Source of the DNA: a virus
Lineage: Duplodnaviria; Caudoviricetes
Virus record (IMG/VR): IMGVR_UViG_3300028591_000148
Location: 29,239 to 93,238 of that record
Strand: one strand, 5' to 3'
Length of the DNA stretch: 64,000 nucleotides
The translations under genes and the position numbers were made by a program. The stretch's first letter is position 1, and every line of letters starts with the position of its first letter. Positions 46,366-56,003 of the stretch are shown in pieces. The notes below the pieces were generated by a model that made no database searches, was not told the origin of the DNA, and saw only the letters and a list, made by a program, of their open reading frames with translations.

Positions 46366-46398
46366 TATACATCATTCCTTTCATAGAGTCCTTATTTG

Positions 46399-48747
46399 TT
46401 ATAAGGACTCTATATCAACAGGTTCACCGTACCAACTATAGAACAATTCAACATCACAAGTGAGTGGAACACAAAGATCACGTCCTGCATTTATCATACA
46501 TTGACTCATCAATTCGGCACACCGTTTAGCATTTTCTACAGGACACTCTGCTATAATTTCATCATGTACAGGAATTAACATTCTGAAACCTAGTTCTTTT
46601 AGCTCCTTATTATTAAACAATTCTATTTGAGCTAATTTTGTGAGGTCCGCAGAACTACCTTGAACACGACTGTTTACGACCTCTCGTTTAGCCTTTGCAA
46701 TATGTCCACTGTTATCTTTAATGTTAATACCGGATTGACGAATCTTTTCCTTTATCTTTTCCCTATCCTTATAGTTACATTTAAGAAGTTTATTTGTAAG
46801 ACGTCTAACTTCTTCTTCTGGAACTTCTGTAGAGTAATTTGTCTCTTCATCCGAAAGTGGATCGAAATCAGGTGTCATACCGTTCTTATAGGTAAATTCG
46901 TAGTAAGGAAGTTGCATATCAGGTAACTGTCTTCGTCTTCCCCAAACAGTAGTAACATATCCGTATTTTCTTGCCATTTCCTCTGATTCTTCCAAGAACA
47001 TAGCAAGACCTGGGAACTTTGATAGAACCTTATCGTAAATTGCCTGTGCTTCTTTACGATTTTTATGAAGTTGTTCACCTATAGATGCTGTACCTCTTCC
47101 ATAAAGAATTCCGAGAACAACTGGTTTTGCGGTAGCTCTTCGTTCTTTACCTTCTTTACTAGTTGTTCCATCAGGACGCTTTTCACAACACTCTTCGTAT
47201 AGAACATTAAAAATGATAGAAGCTATTTCAGAGTAGACGTCTTTTCCATCCTTATAAGCCTGAATCATCTTTTCATCCTGACTCAAATGTGCTGTAACAC
47301 GAACTTCCTGTCCAGAATAGTCACATGATAACATAATGTATCCTGGAGATGCTGTAAACAACTGTCTTACATCATGCCCTGAATCTATTTCTGTTCCATC
47401 CTTTAACTTGAATGAACGGGAAGGGATATTCTGCAAATTCGGAGAGTCACTACTGACACGACCTGTTTCAGCGCCATACTGATTGAATTTACAGTGAATT
47501 CTTTTATCCGGATATTTGGATGCTTCTTCTGGCATCTTATCGATATAAGTGGAAACAACTTTTTTGAACTTTCGTACATCAGATATAGCATTACACAGAG
47601 GATGATCTAACTGTTCTAGTATTTCCTTGTCGGTTCCTCTAGGTTTTTCCTTATCTGGAGATTTTAGACCTAGTATATCATATAGAACGATAGCAAGTTG
47701 TTGAGTACTTCCTAGATTAATTGGATCAGATAACTTACATCCAGGATGACTTCTTCTATACTCGTCTATTTGTCCCATATAATCCTCTAGAACATTATCT
47801 AGATTCTGTTGCATTGTATCTGTGAGCTTATGATATTTCTCTTGTATCTTTTTGGCATGCTCGTAATCTATTGCTGTACCTAAATTCTCCATAGCAATAA
47901 AGCTCGGCATGGATTTCATTTCGATGTTGAAAAATACATTAGACACACCTTGCATATTGTGTGATTCATAATAAATACCAGTCGGTTCCAGATACTGTGC
48001 TTGAAAATCAGCTAATTCATCGGTATAAATAGCATCATGAGCCGCGTATAAATAAGCAACATCAATAGGAATCAAGTTAAATGGTATTCCGTCAAATAAC
48101 TTTCCAAAGGTTAATACTTCACCTTTTCCATCGTTGCAATATTTATTACGAAGATCCTTTAAGCTCTTTTCGCCTTTTTTTTCATCACTATTAAGACACA
48201 TAGCAGCGATGTAACAATCCCAATAAGGAGTAAACCACACACCTACGTGATTTCCAAGAATTTTAATATCAAAAGGCGCGTTAAACCAGTATGTTTTTAC
48301 ATTGGCATCGACCAATCGCTGAAACTGTTCCCTTATAAATTCAACAGGTAACTGATCATTACATTTTACATTAGTTATATAACTGACATGGTTAATAGGA
48401 ATATAGGCAGGTTTAAGACCTTCTGTATGAATACAAATACCAACAATATCATCCAGTATTGTATTTAATCCTGTGGTTTCTGTATCAATACTTATCCTAT
48501 TATTTTCAATAGCTTTATCTATGTAATCTATAAGAGCTTGTTCTTCTCTTATGAGTAGTAATGAATCCTCTTTACCTTCGAATTTAGATTTCACAAAGGA
48601 ACAGGCTGCTTGAATTCTGTCAATTAGTTTTCCAGAACCTTTGAGTTTGATATTATTATCCTGTTTTGGCTGTGTAGCTTTTTTAAGTAGTTGTTGATCC
48701 TTCTTGGTAGTTGCACGACTGCTAGGTAAATTAAAGAACCCAGCCAT
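46399..48747 (-). CDS. polA: Family A DNA polymerase with 3'-5' exonuclease, no 5'-3' exonuclease
   Basis: DTETTG, NAPFD, YAAHD; TGRVSSDSPNLQNIP, DYSGQE, RATAKPVVLGILYG, VHDE. Confidence 0.95.
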   Translation of the reverse strand: MAGFFNLPSSRATTKKDQQLLKKATQPKQDNNIKLKGSGKLIDRIQAACSFVKSKFEGKEDSLLLIREEQALIDYIDKAIENNRISIDTETTGLNTILDDIVGICIHTEGLKPAYIPINHVSYITNVKCNDQLPVEFIREQFQRLVDANVKTYWFNAPFDIKILGNHVGVWFTPYWDCYIAAMCLNSDEKKGEKSLKDLRNKYCNDGKGEVLTFGKLFDGIPFNLIPIDVAYLYAAHDAIYTDELADFQAQYLEPTGIYYESHNMQGVSNVFFNIEMKSMPSFIAMENLGTAIDYEHAKKIQEKYHKLTDTMQQNLDNVLEDYMGQIDEYRRSHPGCKLSDPINLGSTQQLAIVLYDILGLKSPDKEKPRGTDKEILEQLDHPLCNAISDVRKFKKVVSTYIDKMPEEASKYPDKRIHCKFNQYGAETGRVSSDSPNLQNIPSRSFKLKDGTEIDSGHDVRQLFTASPGYIMLSCDYSGQEVRVTAHLSQDEKMIQAYKDGKDVYSEIASIIFNVLYEECCEKRPDGTTSKEGKERRATAKPVVLGILYGRGTASIGEQLHKNRKEAQAIYDKVLSKFPGLAMFLEESEEMARKYGYVTTVWGRRRQLPDMQLPYYEFTYKNGMTPDFDPLSDEETNYSTEVPEEEVRRLTNKLLKCNYKDREKIKEKIRQSGINIKDNSGHIAKAKREVVNSRVQGSSADLTKLAQIELFNNKELKELGFRMLIPVHDEIIAECPVENAKRCAELMSQCMINAGRDLCVPLTCDVELFYSWYGEPVDIESL

Positions 48748-48753
48748 AAACTA

Positions 48754-49431
48754 TTACACCATATTAGGTCTTATTCCGCGTCTTACCGTAGGTTCTTCTT
48801 CGGAGTCTCTGGAACCTCTACGATAAACACCCTCATCTTCAGAAGTAGACTCTTCAGAGGAATTGTTAAGAGTTCTGTTCTTAATGAATTCCTTCATAGT
48901 ATCGAAATCCATATCCTGAACATAAACACCATCTGGACTAGGAATCATATCGAAATCGTCGAGTGTTGTATCATCACTACTTTCGAAAGTTATCTCATAT
49001 CTTGTATCCTGGTCACCTGCTTTACCACGTCTAGTAATAGTGAAGACATTTGCACAGAATGGTTCACCCTTCTGTACCATAAGAGGATAAATACATTTCT
49101 TAAAGAATGCTGTACTCCTATCCCAAAGTGCTGCTTCAGATTCGTCTACCTTATAGAGTGGAATCCATGTTTTTTTCTCTGTCTTTCTATCCTCTAGAAT
49201 AGGAGAAGAACAAAGTGGACACATTTCCTGTGGGTCATTATAACCTCTAAGACAATTAATACTTGTGAATTTACCATCCTTTGTTCTTACTCTGTGACAG
49301 CAATAACCGTTAAAGTCACGAATGCTTTCGTACATAAAACGGACGTTGCAACTGTCCCCATCATCCTTCAGCCCGAAAAAGCCTGCCGATTGTGACGCAT
49401 AATTATCAATGTCATCAAATCCAAATTTCAT
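48754..49431 (-). CDS. Putative single-stranded DNA-binding protein (gp32-like)
   Basis: FFGLKDDGD, H..C..CPLC Zn site, ITRRGKAGDQDTRY, acidic tail; between primase and polymerase. Confidence 0.65.
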   Translation of the reverse strand: MKFGFDDIDNYASQSAGFFGLKDDGDSCNVRFMYESIRDFNGYCCHRVRTKDGKFTSINCLRGYNDPQEMCPLCSSPILEDRKTEKKTWIPLYKVDESEAALWDRSTAFFKKCIYPLMVQKGEPFCANVFTITRRGKAGDQDTRYEITFESSDDTTLDDFDMIPSPDGVYVQDMDFDTMKEFIKNRTLNNSSEESTSEDEGVYRRGSRDSEEEPTVRRGIRPNMV

Positions 49432-49705
49432 AATACATAATCCTTTCTTACTATAAAAAATTTATATAGTCAGCATTTGCTGAATATATTAGTAAAAAAT
49501 TAAGGACTTATCTAGTATACGATAAGTCCTATCCTCCATATATAAAACAGATTCCAGACTTATGTTTCTCATATATGTAATAGTTGAAACTAGTATGTCA
49601 ACTATGGTAGAGATTTCATATATAGTCTAGTCTGTTTCATTTATAATCACTCTGCTTTCTGTTTTGCATTATTATAAGTTTTTTACTTTTTTATTTCCTA
49701 ATTAA

Positions 49706-49734
49706 AGTGTAACATAAAAACTAACAAAAGTCAA
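49706..49734 (-). promoter_or_regulatory. Promoter TTGACT-N17-TACACT
   Basis: Same promoter family; long leader to SSB. Confidence 0.65.
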
Positions 49735-49759
49735 GTACTTTTTGAAAATATTTTTATTT

Positions 49760-50782
49760 TTACAAAATGGTTTCTTGTAGATTTTCTATTTCTTCCCATG
49801 TACATTCGTTTATATCCTTACGACCTTCTGGAAGAATATATTCTGTCAACATTCTTGTTTTTAACTTTCTTTTTATCTTTTCTCTGGCATCCATACCTGC
49901 TTTATCTGAGTCGGTAGCAATTATGAATTTTCGTATTGGAAGTTTTAGTAATTGTCCGAACTGATAATCAGTACCTAATCCATTAAGTGCAACAGCATAT
50001 TTTTTGTGTGTCCATAAAGTTAGACAATCTATAATAGATTCACAGATGCACAATTCTTTTGGATATTCAGATAGTTTAGATAATTCGTATAATCCATATA
50101 CTGGTTTTAAAACACCTTGAGGATAGTGGAACATTTTAGTTTCTACACTTCTTCTGGCAATAAAAAGTGTACCACCTGTTTCATCTCGAACCGGAAAAGT
50201 TATACATTTACAATGATATTTCTTTCCTGCTTTAGACGTTAATACGAAATCTTTATCATAACCTACATCAAACAATTCTATTATTTCATCAGTTAGTTTT
50301 CTTGTATACATATATGGATGAACATATCTATAAGAATCTAACTCTTCCTCAGAAACATAATTTATGGTGGTATTGTTATTCTTTTTTCCTCTAGATGTAT
50401 CTAGTACTAATTCAGGTCTATTTTCATACTCCACAGTCAGAAAGTTTTTCCGTAACCACTCTGAACCGAATATACCAAAGTCGTCTCTATCAAAAACATA
50501 ACTTATCATTTCTTCAAGAGAACATACCATACCACAAGTAAAGCAATGAACAGTACCTGCTTTGACTAATTTGCCACCTTGATAAATATCCTTTTTAGTT
50601 ATACCACAAGAAGGTTTTAACTCCTGTCCACCTTTATGAAATGGGCAGCTAAATTGTATATGGTCCGTGGTAGGTATAAAAGTATGAAAATAATGTTTAC
50701 CATTAAGTTCAAGTTGATTTCTTAATTCCTGCAATATAGCAAGTTCGTCCTCCAATATTGGACGACCCATTACTGTAAACAT
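49760..50782 (-). CDS. dnaG: DNA primase (CHC2 zinc finger + TOPRIM)
   Basis: CPFH..HCFTC, CESIID, DSDKAG, KDINE. Confidence 0.9.
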   Translation of the reverse strand: MFTVMGRPILEDELAILQELRNQLELNGKHYFHTFIPTTDHIQFSCPFHKGGQELKPSCGITKKDIYQGGKLVKAGTVHCFTCGMVCSLEEMISYVFDRDDFGIFGSEWLRKNFLTVEYENRPELVLDTSRGKKNNNTTINYVSEEELDSYRYVHPYMYTRKLTDEIIELFDVGYDKDFVLTSKAGKKYHCKCITFPVRDETGGTLFIARRSVETKMFHYPQGVLKPVYGLYELSKLSEYPKELCICESIIDCLTLWTHKKYAVALNGLGTDYQFGQLLKLPIRKFIIATDSDKAGMDAREKIKRKLKTRMLTEYILPEGRKDINECTWEEIENLQETIL

Positions 50783-50791
50783 AGTATCACC

Positions 50792-51061
50792 TTAAAATTC
50801 AATAGTGATTTCTTTACTGTAATCATTATTATATAAATGTACCTGTGGAAATAAAGAATAGATAGAAGATATATAAGATAGTTCACTATAAGGTCTAATT
50901 CCGTCACCTAGTTTAAATCTTAAAATAGGATTATCAGGTTCTCCGTTTTCTTCCTTTTCCACCACAAGTTCTCTATCTCTAAATACATAGGAACCGTGTT
51001 CTTTTAGATATTCTCGTGTAAAAGATTTCGGAACTATGGTTGTGTTAATCAAACTATCCAT
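50792..51061 (-). CDS. Hypothetical protein
   Basis: RFKLGDGIRPYSELSY; AGGAG RBS. Confidence 0.55.
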   Translation of the reverse strand: MDSLINTTIVPKSFTREYLKEHGSYVFRDRELVVEKEENGEPDNPILRFKLGDGIRPYSELSYISSIYSLFPQVHLYNNDYSKEITIEF

Positions 51062-51074
51062 TTAAATCTCTCCT

Positions 51075-52403
51075 TTAGAATGGTGTTTGTGCCCCACCGC
51101 GTCTTGGCATTATGGGTTGTTTATTTTCTACCTCACGCTGTCTTGTATTTTCTGTACGTCTATATCTGGATTCAGTTTCTTCTGTATCTGTAAATTCATC
51201 CGGATTTGCATTATAGGAAAACTCACCTGTATCGATATGCCAATCATAGGAAAGTTTAATACCTACCTTACCGTTTCTATTCTTCGGTACTTCTATATTA
51301 AGTTTATTATTTCTTTGTCTAATAGAAAGTACCTTTGTAGCATTTTGTGCAATGCCGTCAGAATCTCTAATACTTTCAAGAGCTGGAGCACTTCCATCTT
51401 CATTTATACCTTCTCGATTAGCCTGAACGACTACAAGAATAGGTATTTTTAACTCACAACTTAAACTCATTAAATCCTCACTAATGTTAGTGAGTGATGT
51501 AGTTTTGTTATCACCCTTTTTGTATCTTTCATCGGTGAGATAGGTAATACCGTCTATACCCAATACATCTAGATTGTTTTTGATACAGAACTTTCTTAAT
51601 TTGGATACAGTTATCTTTTTATTAAAGTCGATAGGTGTTGCTACAATAAACGAATTTTTAGCATTTTCTTCAAGATCTTTTATATACTGTTCGTAGTCAC
51701 CATCAAGGTCTCTACCTGTATACAGATTAAAATTGGAGAAGTGTTCATTCAATGTATCAAATCTATAACCTATCTGGTCATCGCTCATCTCCGGAGATAT
51801 ATAACCTATATTACCCCCGACCTTCCAGTTATGTTCTAATATCTTACATAATATCCACGATTTACCTTGGTTTGTTCTAGCTACAATAACAACATATTCT
51901 TCTCCAGGAGCTAGTCCACCTATAATCTCGTCTAATTCCTGGAAACCTGTTGTTCTCATCCAAGGTTCTGTGGAATTTTTCTTTTTAAGATATACTTCGT
52001 AACGCTTTCTGGCATTTTTTATAATATCTACACCTACATCACCACCTATCACTTCCTGTGATTTAAGCTGTGCCTTTAAATATTCTAAAGCCTCTTCTGA
52101 ATTATCCTTTATTAGTTCAGCTGCTTTGTTAAGAATAGGTACTAATGTACTATATAGATATTCTTCACCTATTTGGTCTACTAAATAATCATCACTTTCG
52201 TGTACTTCTGTGATTTCAAATTCATTAAAATGATCAAGAAATGTAAGAGTATCCGGAACATTACCGTATCTCTTATAATGATCCATAATAAATGTAAATT
52301 CAGCAGAATAAGGTGCAAAGTGTTCCGCAGTAAGATCGTTTTCAAAGACAATATCTACGGATTTAGATTTTAGTATCTTATTAAGTATCTGAATCTGTAC
52401 CAT
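51075..52403 (-). CDS. dnaB: DnaB-like replicative helicase
   Basis: TTGFQELD, ARTNQGKS, SPEM, IDG, QANR, SDGIAQNA, KNRNG. Confidence 0.9.
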   Translation of the reverse strand: MVQIQILNKILKSKSVDIVFENDLTAEHFAPYSAEFTFIMDHYKRYGNVPDTLTFLDHFNEFEITEVHESDDYLVDQIGEEYLYSTLVPILNKAAELIKDNSEEALEYLKAQLKSQEVIGGDVGVDIIKNARKRYEVYLKKKNSTEPWMRTTGFQELDEIIGGLAPGEEYVVIVARTNQGKSWILCKILEHNWKVGGNIGYISPEMSDDQIGYRFDTLNEHFSNFNLYTGRDLDGDYEQYIKDLEENAKNSFIVATPIDFNKKITVSKLRKFCIKNNLDVLGIDGITYLTDERYKKGDNKTTSLTNISEDLMSLSCELKIPILVVVQANREGINEDGSAPALESIRDSDGIAQNATKVLSIRQRNNKLNIEVPKNRNGKVGIKLSYDWHIDTGEFSYNANPDEFTDTEETESRYRRTENTRQREVENKQPIMPRRGGAQTPF

Positions 52404-53133
52404 CGTCAATGACCTCACTATTCATAAAATTAGTGTAGGTATTCTTATACCTCATATCCATTCCAGTAATATGTAAACAATCTGATCCTTCACACGCTCT
52501 GGAATATATTCGTGCATCTAACCTTTCTAGTTGTTCCGGTGATAGGTTACTCGTAAATATATTACACTTTTTGGCAAACATTCTCTCATTTATATAAGAG
52601 TATAACCATTGTGATTCGTATTTTGTTGGGTCCGTTTGTCCTATATCATCCCATATTACAATATCACATTTTTGAATTGTGTGTAATAGTTCTAAATAAT
52701 TTTCTGACTTATATGTCATATACAATTTAGCATCTCTTAAAAAGGACGGGACATTTATATACAATCCTCTAGGTGTAAAATCGTTTACTTCTGCTATTTG
52801 TGCAAAATAGTTACTCATAATCTTTACAGCCCACGATGTTTTACCTACACCTGTTTCTCCATACAGATATAAATTAAATCCTCTCTTTACAAAAAACTCA
52901 ACATCACCTATTATAGTCTGTAATACTTCTGCTACATCAGGTTCCAGAGAATCTTTTTCCAAATGAATGTATTTCCACATACTTTTAGGTAAATTACTTA
53001 ATTGAAATAAATAGTCTGTTTGTGTGAATCGTTTACAGGTATGAACACATTCAGGAGTTTCCCATTTATCACAGAAGTTCTTATACCAACATTTGCTAGT
53101 ATCTTCTAGGTGAGTGTACAGATCATCCCTCAC
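52381..53133 (-). CDS. DnaC/IstB-like helicase loader ATPase
   Basis: GETGVGKT, IWDDIG, INER, FTSN, RIYSR. Confidence 0.85.
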   Translation of the reverse strand: MRDDLYTHLEDTSKCWYKNFCDKWETPECVHTCKRFTQTDYLFQLSNLPKSMWKYIHLEKDSLEPDVAEVLQTIIGDVEFFVKRGFNLYLYGETGVGKTSWAVKIMSNYFAQIAEVNDFTPRGLYINVPSFLRDAKLYMTYKSENYLELLHTIQKCDIVIWDDIGQTDPTKYESQWLYSYINERMFAKKCNIFTSNLSPEQLERLDARIYSRACEGSDCLHITGMDMRYKNTYTNFMNSEVIDDGTDSDT

Positions 53134-53146
53134 TACAAATCACCTC

Positions 53147-54781
53147 TTAAAATGTTATGTTTTTTAATTTCTCGTCATTTGGGTGCAAATTCTTTGCTTT
53201 CATAACTTTGGCTTTTCTAGATCTATCCAAACTGGATGCTTTGTGCTCACGGGTTTCTAACTTCTGTTTTAACTGTGCCGTTTCAACATAATCTTCCGTA
53301 GCAAGTTTATTAGAGTTATTCTGTATAGCAAGTTTTACTTTCGTTACCTTTTCGGAATCATCCAAACAGAGCAATCGTAGATTATCTAGTATGATGCAGA
53401 AGTTAGTATATGTCATAGAACTTCCAGCTTCTGTCTCTGTTACATAAGTAATCAGAGCTTCTTCCAATCCTTCACAAAGTTGATAATAACCTTCTTTTAT
53501 GAATGTATGAATCTTTTCGATTTTTTTATCTGTATCAATAGCATTACTTGATTGTGCTTGTTGAATTGTTTTACCGTATAGATTAGTTCCGTTCGGATAA
53601 GCTAATGCAGCATAACCGTTAGCATAAGAAAGTTCAACACTCTCTATCTTTTGTTGTAATTCTGGATAAATAGTAGAAAGACGTTTTAATGCTAATGTGA
53701 ACTGTTTAAGTGTAAAACTTTTCCCTTTCTGTGTGTCTGTAACATAAGAGTATAACAAGTCTTTAAGTTCTGAACTTCCTTCGCACTCATCCTCTATATA
53801 TCTGTCAATAGCATCTAGTTTCTGTCTCATATCAACTTCTGTCTTATCCTGTATATAAAGGGAACGATAATTATTCATGAAGGTAAATTTAACACCTTCG
53901 ATCATTCGTTCCACTGTTCTTCCATATTTATATAGATTCTCTAGCTGCTGTTCCCATTGAGCAGGAGTATAACTTCTACCATTATCTGTATCAAGGAAGT
54001 TATTGATAACTTTCAATAACTCGTCATTTCCACCAACTCTCATATAAACGAAGTTGTGTGTCATCTCACGTTTTGCTACATCCCATTCGTTATGAAGAGC
54101 TTTCTTAGACTTTCGTTTAGGCTCATCGAACAACTTCTTTTGTACTGTTTCTGAAGTTGCATCGTTATTTGATTTCTGTATATATTCCTTTTCTGGATTC
54201 TTTTTTGGTTGTTTTTCCTTTTGTATGTGTTCCAGCATATCTGTTATAGACGAACTGTCTATCTTTGTATTATTGTGTATGAGCTTTGCTAGTTCACCTA
54301 CTGTAATACATATCTCTATATCCTTGTTATCGTGGTATTCCATTAAGTTATTAAGATAGGTATCAATAGTTTCTCCGTCTTCTGGGAACCTTTGCTTTAA
54401 CAAATAACCATATGAATCCAGAAAATTCTTATAATCGGAACTGTTAGCTTGTTCACATAATTGGGTGATATATTCTATGTTGACTTGATAACTGTTCTTT
54501 TTAATTATTGGGTTGTTTGGATTTTGTTTGCATTCCTTTATTATATAGTTTTTACAAACTAAATTATCTACATTTCGTGATATTGTTTGTCTAGCATTTC
54601 CAAACCACATCTCCAATTCGGACATTGTGGAATAACATTTATGCACGTTATCAAATGTTTGTGTGAATATATAAGCAAATAAGAACAGTTCATTACCGCT
54701 TAATTTTAGAATAGTTCTCATCCAATACCAAATAATTATATTCGGTGCTGTTTGAGTATCGTTGAGTCTCAAAGAAATCAC
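53147..54781 (-). CDS. Putative replication initiator: N-terminal winged HTH plus three tandem helical repeats
   Basis: LKLSGNELFLFAYI..RQTISRNVDNL; upstream of DnaC/DnaB-like genes. Confidence 0.6.
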   Translation of the reverse strand: MISLRLNDTQTAPNIIIWYWMRTILKLSGNELFLFAYIFTQTFDNVHKCYSTMSELEMWFGNARQTISRNVDNLVCKNYIIKECKQNPNNPIIKKNSYQVNIEYITQLCEQANSSDYKNFLDSYGYLLKQRFPEDGETIDTYLNNLMEYHDNKDIEICITVGELAKLIHNNTKIDSSSITDMLEHIQKEKQPKKNPEKEYIQKSNNDATSETVQKKLFDEPKRKSKKALHNEWDVAKREMTHNFVYMRVGGNDELLKVINNFLDTDNGRSYTPAQWEQQLENLYKYGRTVERMIEGVKFTFMNNYRSLYIQDKTEVDMRQKLDAIDRYIEDECEGSSELKDLLYSYVTDTQKGKSFTLKQFTLALKRLSTIYPELQQKIESVELSYANGYAALAYPNGTNLYGKTIQQAQSSNAIDTDKKIEKIHTFIKEGYYQLCEGLEEALITYVTETEAGSSMTYTNFCIILDNLRLLCLDDSEKVTKVKLAIQNNSNKLATEDYVETAQLKQKLETREHKASSLDRSRKAKVMKAKNLHPNDEKLKNITF

Positions 54782-54799
54782 CCTTTTCTTTATATAATA

Positions 54800-55327
54800 T
54801 TATGTCCAAATATCCATTTTATATAAATTCAGAATCGTATGGACATAAGGAACATTTACAAAGTAACCTAGATTTCTTTTATGACCATAACAATACTCTG
54901 GATCTAGTACATGACTTTTAATTAGATTTTTTCTTACAAGTCGTTTAAGAGCGTTATGTGCTTCCTCTACACTACATTTGCACCAGTTTTCAATATTGCC
55001 ACTACACTCAATATATCCGGTAGGGTTATCACAATTAGTAAAGTGAATGACATGAGCCATGGCTACTTTTTCTATATCGTCTAATTCAAAATCTGGATTG
55101 TGTGGATATTTACGAAACATCCAAGCTGGTATTCTTACAGGACTAGGAATAAGACCTAATGGAAATAGATGAATTCGTTTATTAAATTCTTCTGTACCAC
55201 CTATCTTTAACTGTTCCAACAATGCTTTTTGCCGTTCTGTTTCTTCCTCTATATATTTTTTCTCCCACTCCATTTTAGTTTCTGTACGACTTTCTTGTCT
55301 CATCTTGTTATATAAACCTGTCGGCAC
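54800..55327 (-). CDS. Winged-HTH hypothetical protein
   Basis: IENWCKCSVEEAHNALKRLVRKNLI. Confidence 0.5.
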   Translation of the reverse strand: MPTGLYNKMRQESRTETKMEWEKKYIEEETERQKALLEQLKIGGTEEFNKRIHLFPLGLIPSPVRIPAWMFRKYPHNPDFELDDIEKVAMAHVIHFTNCDNPTGYIECSGNIENWCKCSVEEAHNALKRLVRKNLIKSHVLDPEYCYGHKRNLGYFVNVPYVHTILNLYKMDIWT

Positions 55328-55354
55328 TGTAAAACACCCCCAAAAAAGATGAAT

Positions 55355-55395
55355 AAAAAACTAGGCTAAAGGTCCCAGTCACTTTAGCCTAGTTT
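55355..55395 (-). terminator. Terminator/attenuator hairpin in the leader of the replication operon
   Basis: AAACTAGGCTAAAG-TGACTGGGAC-CTTTAGCCTAGTTTTTT. Confidence 0.7.
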
Positions 55396-55486
55396 CATAT
55401 ATTAAAAATAGATATGATAAATCATAATCTATTTTAATACCTTTGTTTGGACAACGACTGGGATCGTTTTTCCTTTCCTCAATTAT

Positions 55487-55515
55487 AGAATAACACAAAT
55501 CCCAGTAAATGTCAA
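55487..55515 (-). promoter_or_regulatory. Promoter TTGACA-N17-TATTCT
   Basis: Same promoter family. Confidence 0.65.
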
Positions 55516-55554
55516 TAGGTATTTCAAAGTTTTATGTTTCGTACAAAATATTCT

Positions 55555-55971
55555 TTATTCTTTCAACGGTTTTTTATATGTGGTTCGTAATGTTTCCGTA
55601 TCAGGCTTCACAATCTGGAACGGTTTAAGCTGTTCCGCTGTGACTTTTTTATTGTATACTAAAGATTCCAAAACTTCCATATCTACATAACTTTTAGTTT
55701 TAATTAATCCTGGAATTTTAAGGGTTTTACAGAACTCTATAAGTTCCTCTTCCTTCCAGGAAATGTTAGGTCTACTGGAAAGAGCTAAACTAACTCCATT
55801 TTCAGAAACAAAACGTGTTACACCAAATTCATTCATCAGATTCTTAAGAATAAGATTAAGTGATTTCTTTTTTGCTTCTGCTGATGTGAATTCCTGTGAT
55901 GCTTCATCGTACTGTTCAGTAAGCATCTCCAACTGTTTTTTCTGTTCACTAGTAAGTAAAATCTCTTCCAT
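55555..55971 (-). CDS. Hypothetical protein (coiled coil plus KTKSYVDMEVL; Gam/Gp157-like, weak)
   Basis: GGAGG RBS before MEEILL. Confidence 0.5.
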   Translation of the reverse strand: MEEILLTSEQKKQLEMLTEQYDEASQEFTSAEAKKKSLNLILKNLMNEFGVTRFVSENGVSLALSSRPNISWKEEELIEFCKTLKIPGLIKTKSYVDMEVLESLVYNKKVTAEQLKPFQIVKPDTETLRTTYKKPLKE

Positions 55972-56003
55972 AGTAGTTACCTCCAAATTGTTTTTTTTGT
56001 TTT

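Noticed and set aside
46680-46900. Intein or intron in the DNA polymerase insertion
   Set aside because: In frame, about 70 aa, no C/S...HN splice motifs and no LAGLIDADG signature.
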